This document shows, one piece after another, positions 19,749 to 28,854 of a stretch of DNA of 64,000 nt. The stretch spans positions 4,016-68,015 of the IMG/VR virus record IMGVR_UViG_3300032523_001366; one strand, 5' to 3'. Source of the DNA: a virus. Under the pieces are notes generated by a model that was not told where the DNA came from, searched no databases, and worked only from the letters and a program-made list of their open reading frames with translations. Position numbers and translations under genes: made by a program. How positions within the stretch are numbered: position 1 is the stretch's first letter; every line of letters starts with the position of its first letter.

Positions 19749-20147
19749 ATGGCAGCCACAAAAGTAATAAAGTTACTGGTACTGATGAATAATAGGGATA
19801 GGCAAATGAAAAATAGAGCTCCTATTACAGTTAATAATGAAACCGGCGAATGCGAAGCCATTACTAATGAAGATGGGTTGTTTGGGTCTTACTCTGTGGT
19901 ATGTGTAAAGGTGAGATGCACCTTTGAACAGTTCGTAGCTGGGGATGCTCATGAATCCGCTATAGCTTCTGGAAAGAAGTTTATCCACAAGAGAGGTAAA
20001 AGCAGTGAAGACTACGATCTTCTTTGCTTTGACAGACACGAAGGTCACTTTGTTAACCCAGCGGTGTGGAAGATGAAACACTGGAAGGTATCAGAGATAA
20101 AAGACATAAGCAAGGACAAGGCCACTAAAAGTAACCAAGAAGAGTAA
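19749..20147 (+). CDS. hypothetical protein bracketed by inverted repeats
   Basis: 132-aa ORF, AAGGA SD; stop TAA is the first 3 nt of the 50-bp repeat. Confidence 0.65.
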   Translation: MAATKVIKLLVLMNNRDRQMKNRAPITVNNETGECEAITNEDGLFGSYSVVCVKVRCTFEQFVAGDAHESAIASGKKFIHKRGKSSEDYDLLCFDRHEGHFVNPAVWKMKHWKVSEIKDISKDKATKSNQEE

Positions 20148-20252
20148 GCGAAGCAATTATAATACTCTTTAGAGTATTATGAGTTAAGTGCAACTTTAAG
20201 ACTAAGCGAAGCAATTATAATACTCTTTAGAGTATTATGAGTTAAGTGCAAC
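20145..20252. repeat. two identical 50-bp direct repeats (20145-20194, 20203-20252)
   Basis: TAAGCGAAGCAATTATAATACTCTTTAGAGTATTATGAGTTAAGTGCAAC twice, 8-nt spacer. Confidence 0.95.
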
Positions 20253-20364
20253 ATCTTAGTGTACAGCTGTTCTCTATTTACACTGACACCCAATAGGAGG
20301 ACAATAACATTAGTTACGTACTTATATGGTTTCGAGGAATGTGTATAGTTAAAACGGAGGCCTC

Positions 20365-20625
20365 ATGAAGACCCTAGATCTGGATACCGAATCTCAGGAA
20401 CTGGATGAGCCAAAGAAACCGAAGGCCAGCGTACCGGCCAAGATACTAACCAGCCTAAGGAAGCTTGTAAGCTTTCCTGACAACCCTGTAAAGGTTGAGG
20501 CTTTAAACGTTTACTCCACTAGGTGGAGAGTTAACGTGTGGACTGTAGGAGATAACAACGCCAGGGTAGAAGCGTCCTGGTTTGTAGTTGCCACTGACAA
20601 GGGCGACATAGTTTCGTTTAACTAG
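20365..20625 (+). CDS. hypothetical protein
   Basis: GGAGG SD; followed by terminator. Confidence 0.7.
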   Translation: MKTLDLDTESQELDEPKKPKASVPAKILTSLRKLVSFPDNPVKVEALNVYSTRWRVNVWTVGDNNARVEASWFVVATDKGDIVSFN

Positions 20626-20643
20626 TTCAGAGTCTTTATTCCC

Positions 20644-20676
20644 GGCCTCGACTATAGTTTAGTCGAGGCTTTTTTG
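20644..20676 (+). terminator. intrinsic terminator
   Basis: GGCCTCGACTA-TAGTT-TAGTCGAGGCT then TTTTT. Confidence 0.8.
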
Positions 20677-20702
20677 TTTCGATAACTTAAAGGAAAAGTA
20701 AC

Positions 20703-21230
20703 ATGGCGATTAAGAAAAGCAGTAAGAGTAAAGTTAAGGGTAAGGTAAAAAGCCCTAAGGAGATTTATGTTCTAGATTACAGAGGACTCACCTACAACGG
20801 GTCTACAGTTATTAAGAACCCGGCATTATTGAAATCGACTCTAAAGAAAAATAAACTTGATAGAGAGGCTTTTTTACTTGAGCGGAAGGCCGCCTTAGAG
20901 AAAGAGCTAAAAAGGTATCCTGTATTAAAGGCTTCACCTAAAGTTAAAGCTAAAACAACTACGATGGTTGTGGACAGTAAGTCCATTCTAAGAAAAACCA
21001 ATGGAAGGTACGTAATGGACGCCTTTGACCTTAATAATTTGATGGGTACGCTTGTTCAGATGGCCAGCAACCATCAAACTGGTCATAACCTCTTTGGTAG
21101 ATCCGGCCTCATTACCAACATAAAAGACTTTAGTATTAAAATTACATATCGTAATCATGGTGTTAATATGAGAGCCATGGTGGATGGGTCTCAGAGAGAT
21201 ACGTGGAGAAGGAAAGGCGAAAAGGGTTAG
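20703..21230 (+). CDS. hypothetical Lys-rich protein
   Basis: 175 aa, AAGGA SD. Confidence 0.65.
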   Translation: MAIKKSSKSKVKGKVKSPKEIYVLDYRGLTYNGSTVIKNPALLKSTLKKNKLDREAFLLERKAALEKELKRYPVLKASPKVKAKTTTMVVDSKSILRKTNGRYVMDAFDLNNLMGTLVQMASNHQTGHNLFGRSGLITNIKDFSIKITYRNHGVNMRAMVDGSQRDTWRRKGEKG

Positions 21231-21292
21231 TATGTATTAAGCACTAAGTGCTCTCACGTAGAGGGCACTACTTTTATCATAGGAGAATAGAA

Positions 21293-21754
21293 ATGGGTAT
21301 GGACGTTTATGGTGTAGAGAACAAGGAAGCTTACTTTAGGGCGAATATCTGGTCGTGGGCAGCTATTCATGACCTTATAAGGAAGCTAGGGGCTGACCTT
21401 GTGGACCAGAAAACTTTGGAAAATATGGGCTCCAATAGTGGAGCCGGAATAACCGATCCAAAGGACTGCGTTACATTAGCAAACCGAATGGACATGTGGA
21501 TGGAGCACAATACAGCCGGGTCTGAGATACTTCCTCAGGCCGGTGATATGGTGTTCTCTATGGGAGAGGCAATTAGGTCTGCGGTCGCCGGCCTCATAGA
21601 CAACATGAAAAGTGAGGCCGAGGCCAAAGGTAAAGAGTTTGATGAGTCTGAAGTAACCCTAAGCAATGACGCGTTTACCTACAAGGTAGAGGACGACCAC
21701 CTTAAAGAGTTTATCACTTTCCTTAGGGGGTGTGGTGGCTTTGAGGTGCACTAA
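21293..21754 (+). CDS. hypothetical phage protein
   Basis: MGMDVYG...YFRANIWSW...FLRGCGGFEV; AGGAG SD. Confidence 0.7.
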   Translation: MGMDVYGVENKEAYFRANIWSWAAIHDLIRKLGADLVDQKTLENMGSNSGAGITDPKDCVTLANRMDMWMEHNTAGSEILPQAGDMVFSMGEAIRSAVAGLIDNMKSEAEAKGKEFDESEVTLSNDAFTYKVEDDHLKEFITFLRGCGGFEVH

Positions 21755-22626
21755 TGAAAAAGAAAACTGCTCACAGGTTCTATAAAGAGTGCTTCTTTAA
21801 GCATCTTAGTGATGTAGTCGATAAGGTAAAACCTACAAGGTCATATCTAGCTAGGTTTTATGAACTCGCTAGAGACAAAAGAATAAAGTTCCTTAATAGG
21901 TTAATGAAGCGTAGTCCAGAAATAAAAGAAAAGCATAAATATCTTTGTTTTGCTTTATCCAAGTGCAAAATGCCGCTTTACCTAGCAGTAAAAGGTTTTG
22001 CACCTAAGTCTGGTGGCGCTTCTTTATACTGCAGCAAGACTAGGTTCTGTGCTCATTGTTGGGTGCGAGTTACCTGCAGCTCTTTTATAGAAATGGTAAA
22101 AAAGATGACTAGGTATGACCACTACGCGTTTGCATACAAGGAGAAAATTAGCTTTATAGACCTAGATGCATCCGTAGGGCATATATTTATAGAGTGTAGT
22201 AGAATGTTTACCAAGAGGCATAGGTTCTCTAAGGCTAATCTTAACAGGGATGGTATTCTAGGAATTACTGAAACCCTGTGTGTGTATCCTATGGTTATGC
22301 AAGGTAAAAAAGTTTTAGCTTTGCAGCTTAGGCAGTTAGCTTATTGTAGCAATATCTCTGGATTCTACGAGTCTTCGACCATTAGGTCAGAGGTAAAACT
22401 AGGAGAGCCTTCTATACAGTTCTGCAGCTACCCAGCGAGATCTCTTAGAGGAAGTGCCGAGACTCAAATAAAAATAGACCATGTATTAAAGAGACTTAGG
22501 CTTACACGAAGGGCGGGTATTATGTATAACCCCTGTATACCCTTGCCGCCTATACCGGTAAAAGTGGAGACGTCTCTTCTATTACCTAATACAATTAGTT
22601 TAGATGCCGTCAAAACTATAACCTAA
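21754..22626 (+). CDS. hypothetical basic protein with Cys cluster
   Basis: 290 aa; YCSKTRFCAHCW. Confidence 0.6.
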   Translation: MKKKTAHRFYKECFFKHLSDVVDKVKPTRSYLARFYELARDKRIKFLNRLMKRSPEIKEKHKYLCFALSKCKMPLYLAVKGFAPKSGGASLYCSKTRFCAHCWVRVTCSSFIEMVKKMTRYDHYAFAYKEKISFIDLDASVGHIFIECSRMFTKRHRFSKANLNRDGILGITETLCVYPMVMQGKKVLALQLRQLAYCSNISGFYESSTIRSEVKLGEPSIQFCSYPARSLRGSAETQIKIDHVLKRLRLTRRAGIMYNPCIPLPPIPVKVETSLLLPNTISLDAVKTIT

Positions 22627-22638
22627 GAAAGAACAACT

Positions 22639-23112
22639 ATGGTAAATGAATTAAAACTAAAGGCCTATATAGTTATGGTTCCACCTGTATTTGCAGTACT
22701 TACGGCTAATCTTCCTAAGTACCCTGCTCCAGGTGAGTCCTATAACCATAAGCAGATGGTAGACGTTCTTACCATATTTGATAAGAGGTGGAAGGCTGCG
22801 GGCTCTCCGGCTGATAGAGAGCCCTATGCCCTGTCTTCTAACAAAGATGGTATTGTGGAAAATCTTCCCGTAAGGTTAACTCATGATCAGATTTATTCTG
22901 AGCTAGCTGCCGATGCCTATATAGAGGCCGTAGCCGAGAAGGAGTCCTCAAACCTGTTGTTGAAAGAACTCCTCAGCTTAGATAACAGCCATGAAGGCGA
23001 TCCTGATGATATCGATAACTACAGCGAGCCACATGGAGGTGGCGAAAAGTGCGAAATAAGAAAGACAAACAAGACAAAGGCGAAAAGCCTAAGTTTGAAA
23101 AAGAAAAAGTAG
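22639..23112 (+). CDS. hypothetical protein
   Basis: 157-aa ORF in operon. Confidence 0.6.
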   Translation: MVNELKLKAYIVMVPPVFAVLTANLPKYPAPGESYNHKQMVDVLTIFDKRWKAAGSPADREPYALSSNKDGIVENLPVRLTHDQIYSELAADAYIEAVAEKESSNLLLKELLSLDNSHEGDPDDIDNYSEPHGGGEKCEIRKTNKTKAKSLSLKKKK

Positions 23113-23306
23113 CTAAGCACAAAAAGCGCTATCCATCTGGCGGAGTTAAAAAATGCTTACGTTGCGACGAGGAATTTCTATCCAGCGACGTAATCTCCAA
23201 CAGAATATGCGTGAACTGTTCTAGACTAATAAATAAAGAGTGGATCCCGGACGTACATAAATCTGGGTATAGCTCTCCTCTTGAGTCTGTAGACGATTGG
23301 TTTTAA
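23049..23306 (+). CDS. small zinc-finger protein
   Basis: CLRC...NRICVNC; GGAGGT SD. Confidence 0.65.
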   Translation: MRNKKDKQDKGEKPKFEKEKVAKHKKRYPSGGVKKCLRCDEEFLSSDVISNRICVNCSRLINKEWIPDVHKSGYSSPLESVDDWF

Positions 23307-23313
23307 GCTACCA

Positions 23314-23511
23314 CTATCTTGATATGTCTTTCTCCTCTAAGGATATTGTTTTTCTTATCGTTCTGCTGCAGGGCTCTTCTCTGGATACTCTTACACTTTC
23401 CGGGGCCTCTATTCCAACTTTAACCTGGCTATTGCCTATTCTGGTAATAGTTATATAAATATTATTATTTATAACTATGGTTTCATTGACTCGCCTTGAT
23501 ATCACTAGCAT
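23314..23511 (-). CDS. csrA: carbon storage regulator CsrA/RsmA homolog
   Basis: MLVISRRVNETIVIN...QVKVGIEAPESVRVSREE matches CsrA consensus; AAGGAGG SD on - strand. Confidence 0.9.
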   Translation of the reverse strand: MLVISRRVNETIVINNNIYITITRIGNSQVKVGIEAPESVRVSREEPCSRTIRKTISLEEKDISR

Positions 23512-23608
23512 ATAAAGCCTCCTTACTGGTAACGGGGTGCTACATATTTTGTATTGATTTGCTACAAAGTTTCAACCAGTTATGGAACAATTTTTAATTG
23601 GAGATTAA

Positions 23609-24346
23609 ATGCGTAAACTTGCACAAAGACCCAGGCACCCTAACCTAGACCAGGCCTGGGAAGACCACAAAAAGCTAATTGTATGGTGGGCAAATAAGTT
23701 AAAGAAGTGGACTAGTAGCTTAAACCAAGCATCGCAACAAGATAGAGATTCGATAGTGTCCTACCTATTCCTTAAGCTGAATAATGACCTGTGGTTATGG
23801 GACCCTAAAAGGGGGGTTAAGTTCTCCACATATTTTTCCGTCCATATACCCCAGCACTATGCTCTGCACTATTTACGGTTTGAGTCCGACGCTGGAATGG
23901 CCGCCTGGGTGGCTAGGTCTACAAAGAGCACCAAACTGTTTAAGTGTAAAGTTATAAACGAGTCAGTCTTGATCGGAAGACGCGATGTCAATAGGAACAC
24001 TAAAGAACCTTCTACCGGGTACTACGATATAGAGTCTAAAGATAGAAGAGACTACTATAGCTGGGTTTACGATGTCATAGGTGAGATGGGCGGTAAGGAA
24101 GAGGCGTGGAAGAAGCTTACTATGAACATGGATAAGAAAAATGTAAGGATACTTCATAGAAGATTTGTTTTAGGAGAAGCTCTAAAGCAAGTAGGCAAGT
24201 TCTTTGGCTTAAGCAAGGAAAGAATAAGGCAGGTAGAGTTTGCAGCCCTATGTAAAATGAGCAGAAGATTCAACGCGGATAAATCGCTGAAGACCATAAC
24301 CAAAGAACACGGGTTAAAAACTAGGCATACTTATCCATCATACTAG
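23609..24346 (+). CDS. sigma-70-family RNA polymerase sigma factor
   Basis: Region 2 WDPKRGVKFSTY; region 4 LKQVGKFFGLSKERIRQVE. Confidence 0.85.
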   Translation: MRKLAQRPRHPNLDQAWEDHKKLIVWWANKLKKWTSSLNQASQQDRDSIVSYLFLKLNNDLWLWDPKRGVKFSTYFSVHIPQHYALHYLRFESDAGMAAWVARSTKSTKLFKCKVINESVLIGRRDVNRNTKEPSTGYYDIESKDRRDYYSWVYDVIGEMGGKEEAWKKLTMNMDKKNVRILHRRFVLGEALKQVGKFFGLSKERIRQVEFAALCKMSRRFNADKSLKTITKEHGLKTRHTYPSY

Positions 24347-24358
24347 ATCGGAGATTCA

Positions 24359-25513
24359 ATGACTGACCTTCTCAAGAATATAAAGTTTAAATCTAAGCCG
24401 GTAGCCGTAGTCAGCTCAGATTGGCACTTGGCCTTTAATGCATGGAAGAAGCATCCCGACATAAATGGCGATGCTGAGCACTCCTTGACTCAGATAGTAG
24501 ATATCTCTATAGAGATGGGGGTTCCACTAATAGCTGCTGGTGATCTATTTGATAAGAAGACAACAGACTCGTACTCTGTTATAGCTGCATCTACTCAGAT
24601 GAGTAGAATGCATGCTAAGCGGCTTCCGGTGTATTATGTACAGGGTCAGCATGAGATGTCTCATCCGACATGGATGAGTCTATTCCCAACATGCATTAAC
24701 GTACATAATGAATTCTTCAAGATAGGTAACTTTAACTTATTTGGGTACGACTACTTCGTACCCACGTCTGTAGAGGACTCATATAGCAGGTTTAAAGAAG
24801 CCGATATATTAGTAACCCATCAGACTTGGTCTGAGTTGTTGCCTAAGCATAGGTCCAACCTTTATTGCTCTTATGGCCTTGTAGCTAGTAACATTCCGTA
24901 CAAGGCCATAATAAGCGGAGATTATCACTCACACTTCGTGGATAAGATACACGGATCAAACTGTGTATTTGTTTCTCCAGGAAGTACCTGTCTTCAGGAC
25001 CTAAGTGAACCACCAAATAAAGCAGTGTGGGTTATGACTGAGAACATGGAGTTTGTTTCCGTTCCTATAAGGTCAAGGGTTCTTATAAACGTGACCATAA
25101 ACTCTGATAACGATTTATTTGTGTCTGTTAGCCTGGCCGATAAAATGGTAGTCGGCGATTTAACTAATGGTATAGGTAAGCCCATCTTGCGTATAAAATA
25201 TAACACAGACATAAAGAATGTGTACGCAGCTATGAACAACGCCTACAAAGATAAGGCGTACCTAGACTTCAAACCTATCATAGAGGAAGAAGTTACAGAT
25301 AATCCTGTAGACTACCACCCTATAAAGATGGCCACTAGCTCTATAGGGGAGATATTCTGTGAGTCATTGAGCACCTGTTTTCCTAAGGATCACAGAGGCA
25401 TTACAGATGTTGGAAGGCTATGGAGCACCACCACTCTGGACGAACTTAGAAAAGAGATAGGGGCTATATCCGGTGAAATAAAGGATATTGATAACACTAA
25501 ACCAAAGGAGTAG
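24359..25513 (+). CDS. sbcD: SbcD/Mre11-like nuclease
   Basis: Metallophosphoesterase motifs SDWH, AGDLFD, GQHE, THQ, GDYH; next to SbcC. Confidence 0.85.
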   Translation: MTDLLKNIKFKSKPVAVVSSDWHLAFNAWKKHPDINGDAEHSLTQIVDISIEMGVPLIAAGDLFDKKTTDSYSVIAASTQMSRMHAKRLPVYYVQGQHEMSHPTWMSLFPTCINVHNEFFKIGNFNLFGYDYFVPTSVEDSYSRFKEADILVTHQTWSELLPKHRSNLYCSYGLVASNIPYKAIISGDYHSHFVDKIHGSNCVFVSPGSTCLQDLSEPPNKAVWVMTENMEFVSVPIRSRVLINVTINSDNDLFVSVSLADKMVVGDLTNGIGKPILRIKYNTDIKNVYAAMNNAYKDKAYLDFKPIIEEEVTDNPVDYHPIKMATSSIGEIFCESLSTCFPKDHRGITDVGRLWSTTTLDELRKEIGAISGEIKDIDNTKPKE

Positions 25514-25515
25514 AC

Positions 25516-27663
25516 ATGAGATTAGAAAGACTTAAGCTGAAGAACTTTTGTCAACATAGGGAACTAGACTGGACGTTCCCTAGCGGTATTGTTGCTATCA
25601 CAGGCCCTAATGGTTCTGGTAAGTCTAATTCTATTAAGGCAGCTTACGCTGCCTTAACAGGTGACTTCAAAAGGAACGAAGGCGTAGCGATAGACAATAT
25701 TAATAAGTTGTGCCTTGAGAAAGACGAAAGCTCTATAGAACTTACGTTCTCTACTAGTGGAAACGTATCCACTATTATCAGATCACTAAGGCCTAACAAA
25801 AGGTCTCTAGTCATAAATGGAGGATCCCCTATCATTGCCGATAAAGATATATCGGCAGCTATAGAAGGCCTAATAGGCGTTAACTCAAACATACTGAGCG
25901 AGTACATCTTTGTTGACCAGTGGAAGATGTTCGAGGTATTCACAGCCTCTAAATCTGAAAGGATGTCAGCCCTTCAGTCGTTATACGGCCTAGGCAGGGC
26001 AGAGGTGTGCTACGACGAGATATCTAAAACAATAAGCAAGATAAACATTCCTACTCCTTCTGAGTCTGTAGAAGACTTAGACTTGCAGATAAGGGAGAAG
26101 AGGCTTGTACTGAATGACTTTAAAAAATCATTGTCATCTATAACCCCTGAGTCTATAGATGTATCTTCACTTAATGACCAGCTGAAGTCAGTTAGGCAGA
26201 TGAAGGCAGATAAGTCTAAGATAATTGAGCTAAAAGACAGCCTAGCCAAGGTCACTACTACTCTAAGGAACTTAGCAGCATCCTATGAGTCGTTTAACAT
26301 AGAAGGTATTCTTTGCGGCTTTAAAAACTTAGAAGAAATAAACTCTGCTATTAGATTACAGGAAGAAAACCTAGCCGCGTGGGGAGTTATAAGTGAAATA
26401 GGTCACAGGATGTCTCACTACCAAAATGAAATATCTGAATTTGAATCGCAAATTAAAGATTTAGGACCAGGCCCCGTTAAACCTGCTAAGTACTACGAGT
26501 CCGGTGGTGAAGATATGGAGCTGTTTAACTCTATGACAGGTTTACTTAGCTCTCAGACCTCTTGCCTAAAAGACCTTACAGGTAAAAACGAGTGCCCGGT
26601 GTGCAAGTCTTCAGGATCAGTACTAATAGAGGCTACTCAAGCACTAGAAGACTCTATATCTAAGCTTACACCGACTGTTGCTAAGATGAAAGAAGACTAC
26701 GTTACTAGTAGGAACTATGACCGTAGGTGGCTTATTTACTCCGAAGAGCTAAGCAAAATCTCTAATTACAAGTTCGTTAATAAAGAGAAATTAGACAAGC
26801 TTAAAAATACACAGGCTTTAAAACTTGAAAAGAAACCAGATAGAGACCATACATATTGCGTAACCGAAAAAACCAGGCTCTGCGATATAAAGAATAAGTA
26901 CGAATCCGCTTTAGTTAAACAGTCGGAGGAGATGTCTTTATTGGGATTCTACCGAGGCCAAGCTGACTCTATGACAGAGCAAATCTCAAAGCTAGAATTG
27001 TCTTGCCCAGAAGTTAACAGCTTAGACGATTACTCTAGAGTAGAGTCTGCTCTTTTGGAGTCTATAGCCACTAGAAGTAATAACAAAGAGATTCTTATAA
27101 GAATCGAAGAAGGTATAAAATCTTATACTGAATCCATAGAGTACTTAGAGAACAGAAGGAAGAGAATATCTTTGGACTTAGACGAGGCTAGGATTAATAT
27201 AGATATAAGAAACCACCTAGAGACTCTTAAAGAGGTTATGCATAAGTCTAACCTACCTAGGAAGGTGGCGGTTAATTATCTTAAACAGACTGTGTCTAAG
27301 ATGAATAACTACTTAGAGGACTTCCACGCACCCTTTAGAGTTTACTCAGATGATGAGCTAACTTTTTGGGCTAAGTTTAATGACAACAGAAGCCTTCCGG
27401 CATCTAGGTTATCAGGAGGCGAAAAAGTATTGCTCTCTTTAGCGTTTAGGTTGGCTGTTCAGTTTGGAGTAGCCTCTAGTGTTAATTTGCTAGTTCTTGA
27501 CGAGCCCACTGTCGGACTTGACGATGATAACATAGAATGCTTGGAGACCGCGTTCAATAGGTTACGAGCAATGTCAGTATCTTCAGGCCTTCAGGTATTG
27601 GTAGTCAGTCATGAAAAGGCCATGGAGAGAATGTGTGATCATACGCTTTCCTTATATAGGTGA
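25516..27663 (+). CDS. sbcC: SbcC/Rad50-like SMC ATPase
   Basis: GPNGSGKS, coiled coil, CPVC zinc hook, LSGGE signature, LVLDEPT, VVSH. Confidence 0.92.
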   Translation: MRLERLKLKNFCQHRELDWTFPSGIVAITGPNGSGKSNSIKAAYAALTGDFKRNEGVAIDNINKLCLEKDESSIELTFSTSGNVSTIIRSLRPNKRSLVINGGSPIIADKDISAAIEGLIGVNSNILSEYIFVDQWKMFEVFTASKSERMSALQSLYGLGRAEVCYDEISKTISKINIPTPSESVEDLDLQIREKRLVLNDFKKSLSSITPESIDVSSLNDQLKSVRQMKADKSKIIELKDSLAKVTTTLRNLAASYESFNIEGILCGFKNLEEINSAIRLQEENLAAWGVISEIGHRMSHYQNEISEFESQIKDLGPGPVKPAKYYESGGEDMELFNSMTGLLSSQTSCLKDLTGKNECPVCKSSGSVLIEATQALEDSISKLTPTVAKMKEDYVTSRNYDRRWLIYSEELSKISNYKFVNKEKLDKLKNTQALKLEKKPDRDHTYCVTEKTRLCDIKNKYESALVKQSEEMSLLGFYRGQADSMTEQISKLELSCPEVNSLDDYSRVESALLESIATRSNNKEILIRIEEGIKSYTESIEYLENRRKRISLDLDEARINIDIRNHLETLKEVMHKSNLPRKVAVNYLKQTVSKMNNYLEDFHAPFRVYSDDELTFWAKFNDNRSLPASRLSGGEKVLLSLAFRLAVQFGVASSVNLLVLDEPTVGLDDDNIECLETAFNRLRAMSVSSGLQVLVVSHEKAMERMCDHTLSLYR

Positions 27664-27666
27664 TTA

Positions 27667-28671
27667 ATGACCAATATAATCGATAGTTCTTATTTAAAGG
27701 CCACCTCTGATGAGGACGGTAAGATATGGATTATAGACGGCGATAAGATGCCTAAGAAGGTTGGTATAGGCGTTGGTGAGTTCGTAGACAGCATGCTAGA
27801 CTCCAAGGAACACAAGTTTGTTAGAGTCTTAGCTTCCCCTTTGAACTACCCGCTAATAACAAAGCTATACCAATTAAAGAAAGTCGGAAACATAGACTCA
27901 GTACAGATAGCTACACCTCTTCTTATGCAGAAGAATCGACCAGAGAGCTCACTTCTCAGAATGCGTTTGTGTACTTTGCCCGCTTCATTAGGTGGATTTC
28001 ACGAGGTTACTTGTGACGATTTTGCAATGTACACTTTGGCTGGTATGGTCGATTCATTAAGGAAGGTAGAACTCAATAAAAAGAAAGATGGATCTCTTAC
28101 GATTAAGTCACAAAAGGAATACGACAAGCTCTGCCTAGCCGTAACCGATCTTCTAGCCGCCCAGCCTATATGGAGTTACGTTAGCTTTATAGACTCTCTT
28201 GACCCTGTGTTAATGGCTGCAGTTCTTACTAGCATAGGAGATCCTAGATGGTTTATTAACCCAGATAGGCCTGATAGGTTATCCAAGCTTTACTCTTGGA
28301 TGGGACTTTCAGGAGACAGAAGCTGTGACGGCAAAACTTACAGAAGAAAATGTACAGAGCTATGCTGGTATGGTGGAAGCCTAGGAGGATACAGGGAGTA
28401 CAAAGATTTTCCTACAATACTTAAGGACAAGATGGGCGACCCAGGCTGCTTTGTAGTAAAGTACGCTTTTGATAAGTGGGGGCCTGACCCTTCATTATGG
28501 CCTCATGATAGGATATCAAAGTTCCTAATAAAGTTTGTAAGGCTGTCTTGGCTGGACTGCATATACCCCTACCCTAATCCTTGGATGGAAGGTCTTTTTG
28601 ATTATAAGAGCATCTTTAAATCTAAGGGCAGTGCTAGGGCCTTCGAGAGTTTTATTAAAAAAATAATTTGA
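27667..28671 (+). CDS. IS110-transposase/Nop-domain-like protein, apparently lacking DEDD catalytic residues
   Basis: FIDSLDPVLMAAVLTSIGDPRWF...SKLYSWMGL resembles the IS110 C-terminal pattern IPGIGPxxAAxLLAEIGDxxRF...LxxYxGL. Confidence 0.55.
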   Translation: MTNIIDSSYLKATSDEDGKIWIIDGDKMPKKVGIGVGEFVDSMLDSKEHKFVRVLASPLNYPLITKLYQLKKVGNIDSVQIATPLLMQKNRPESSLLRMRLCTLPASLGGFHEVTCDDFAMYTLAGMVDSLRKVELNKKKDGSLTIKSQKEYDKLCLAVTDLLAAQPIWSYVSFIDSLDPVLMAAVLTSIGDPRWFINPDRPDRLSKLYSWMGLSGDRSCDGKTYRRKCTELCWYGGSLGGYREYKDFPTILKDKMGDPGCFVVKYAFDKWGPDPSLWPHDRISKFLIKFVRLSWLDCIYPYPNPWMEGLFDYKSIFKSKGSARAFESFIKKII

Positions 28672-28854
28672 CGTAACTTGTTGGTATAACGAGCCTTTTG
28701 ACCCAGCCTCTTTAAAGTTGGCCTTAACCGGTTGACTGTTACCCCACATAGAAATAGAATTAGAGCCTAGACAACAACCAAGCTGATGCAGGGGCTGATA
28801 TTTTCACCCACCGCAGTGATTCAATTCTTGGAACATAAGGCGAAAGGTATATAC

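Noticed and set aside
20145-20252. CRISPR array
   Set aside because: Only two 50-bp copies with an 8-nt spacer and no cas genes.
27667-28671. Active insertion sequence
   Set aside because: No DEDD catalytic residues and no element ends; the gene is packed tightly against sbcC.
28672-28854. TIGR-type repeat array behind the IS110/Nop-like gene
   Set aside because: I could not see a 36-nt periodicity or alternating repeats; only weak stems.
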